Shown here piece by piece: positions 62,703-64,000 of a stretch of 64,000 nucleotides of DNA. Origin of the DNA: Atractiella rhizophila (lineage: Eukaryota). The notes below the pieces were generated by a model that was given only the letters and a program-made list of their open reading frames with translations, was not told the DNA's origin and made no database searches. Where the stretch lies: positions 25,654-89,653 of the forward strand of contig MU271305.1 of assembly GCA_021432655.1 (NCBI GenBank). Direction: 5' to 3'. A program made the translations under genes and the position numbers. How positions within the stretch are numbered: the first letter of the stretch is position 1; each line of letters opens with the position of its first letter.

Positions 62703-62964
62703 TCTAATGTCTATCGAACTCAAGAGTCCAAAAGAGAGATCAGTGCGATCCCGATCTGAAACGCTGTGCATCACGTACTTCGCGTACTTCACACCAAAGA
62801 TGGAACATGTAAACGAAAACCATTTCACATTTGATAAGCTGCACAACCAGGCAGCAAAACGGCAAGAAAAGCGAAACACTGTACAGCTGCTTATTTACAA
62901 ACCCTCCGTGAAGGCCATCTACGCATTTAAATGTCCCGTTAATCCATTCGCCATCGCAGCTGAA

Positions 62965-64000
62965 CTAACTTCCAATCCAGAGGCAAGCAATCATGCCCAT
63001 CGCAACCGTTCCCAAACTGTCGGTATGCGTCCGCGTCGATCCCGATGTATCCCCATTCTGGCTACCATTCTCGCCCAACCCTCCCTGCTCGCCTGGAGAG
63101 CTATTCAAACCTCCATCCGCCGCATTGCTGGGCACGATAAACCCTTGTGAGTTAGTTTTCGTTGGCCCATCCCTCCGACTGCTAGCGGTCTCTCCTGCAC
63201 CGTCTTCCGGCGTTGTCGAACTCGTGCTCGAAGGTGACGAAGTGGAGGAAGAATTGTCTGAGCTTTCTGAGGACGTAGGAACTTCATATGCAGACGGTGA
63301 GAGGAGGGAGAATCCGACTGATGGTGGGACGGCTCGAAAGATTGTGTATACGTTTTTAAGGAAGGCAGCACCTATGACCCAATCGGGAGAACTGGAAGAG
63401 TGTCCAGCTTCGAATATGGCTGTCATCCAGTCCCATCAACGTTATTTCTATGTATGAAGAGGATGACGAACCACCAACACAATATTGGAGCGAAGATGAG
63501 GGATTATTATGGTCGTAGAAAGTGAAATAGCAAAAGTCATCGGACGACATGCTCCATGTCTTATTTCCGCCAAAATTGAAGCCAACAGTCACGTTCGTCC
63601 CTGCTGGATAGGCGTGCAATCCTTCGTTCCCTGAAATCATGACGGAACCAGGGATGGCGGCATATAACGCGTCTGTAACCTAGATAATTTCATCAGTTGG
63701 CAATGCACGGCTTAGCAGATAGAAGAAAGACACACGGTCACAGGGGCCGCAATGAGCGTTGTCCCGCTGTCAATGGCTGCCGTTTGATCCCTGACACCTG
63801 CTGTGCTGCCTGCTACTAGCGGTATCGGTGTCCCATTGAGCGTCAAATTCTAGACGAAATTCCCGCCAATTATCAGCACAACTGTCTAAGTGGCCGCTAG
63901 AAGAAAGTAAGGGAGAAGACGAACAACCACCGGCAGCTCCCAATAACTCTCTTCCGTCAACCCCACAAACTCCACGCCCTCAAATCCATTAGCCAACAAG
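62965..64000 (-). CDS. Aspartic protease (A1/pepsin family), 3' part, probably GPI-anchored
   Basis: AAIDSGTTLIAAP second catalytic motif, WVIGAAFLKNVYTIF..SVGFS, Ser-rich stalk and hydrophobic C-terminus. Confidence 0.88.

Overview
Gene-dense, intron-rich fungal chromosome segment, most likely a basidiomycete (~45-55 nt introns, some GC-AG donors, microexons). It carries about 22 mostly housekeeping genes: MIX23, SGF29, CCT5, GUT1, VMA11, a DCR2-like metallophosphoesterase, an MFS transporter, MCM3, a p24 protein, ETR1, a Cff1-like cupin, a PPS1-like phosphatase, KRE6, a PWWP protein, SUI2, PET117, RPP1, a membrane-anchored SGNH hydrolase, a DUF3605 protein, an F-box protein, SPC25, a DUF6697-like protein and a GPI-type aspartic protease. 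Five near-exact tandem duplications (72 bp to 2.9 kb) all have a single 'A' at the junction, untemplated in four. They are most likely assembly artefacts (overlapping or haplotype contigs). The most unusual stretch is 44.2-48.8 kb: an array of 11 ~55-nt modules with fixed internal spacing (AGCTNNAGGATC...CAAGTT), some linked to decayed F-box motifs, and itself duplicated across an N gap. No prokaryotic systems, CRISPR arrays, rRNA/tRNA genes or intact transposons were seen. Gene coordinates run from start to stop including introns and were inferred by eye.
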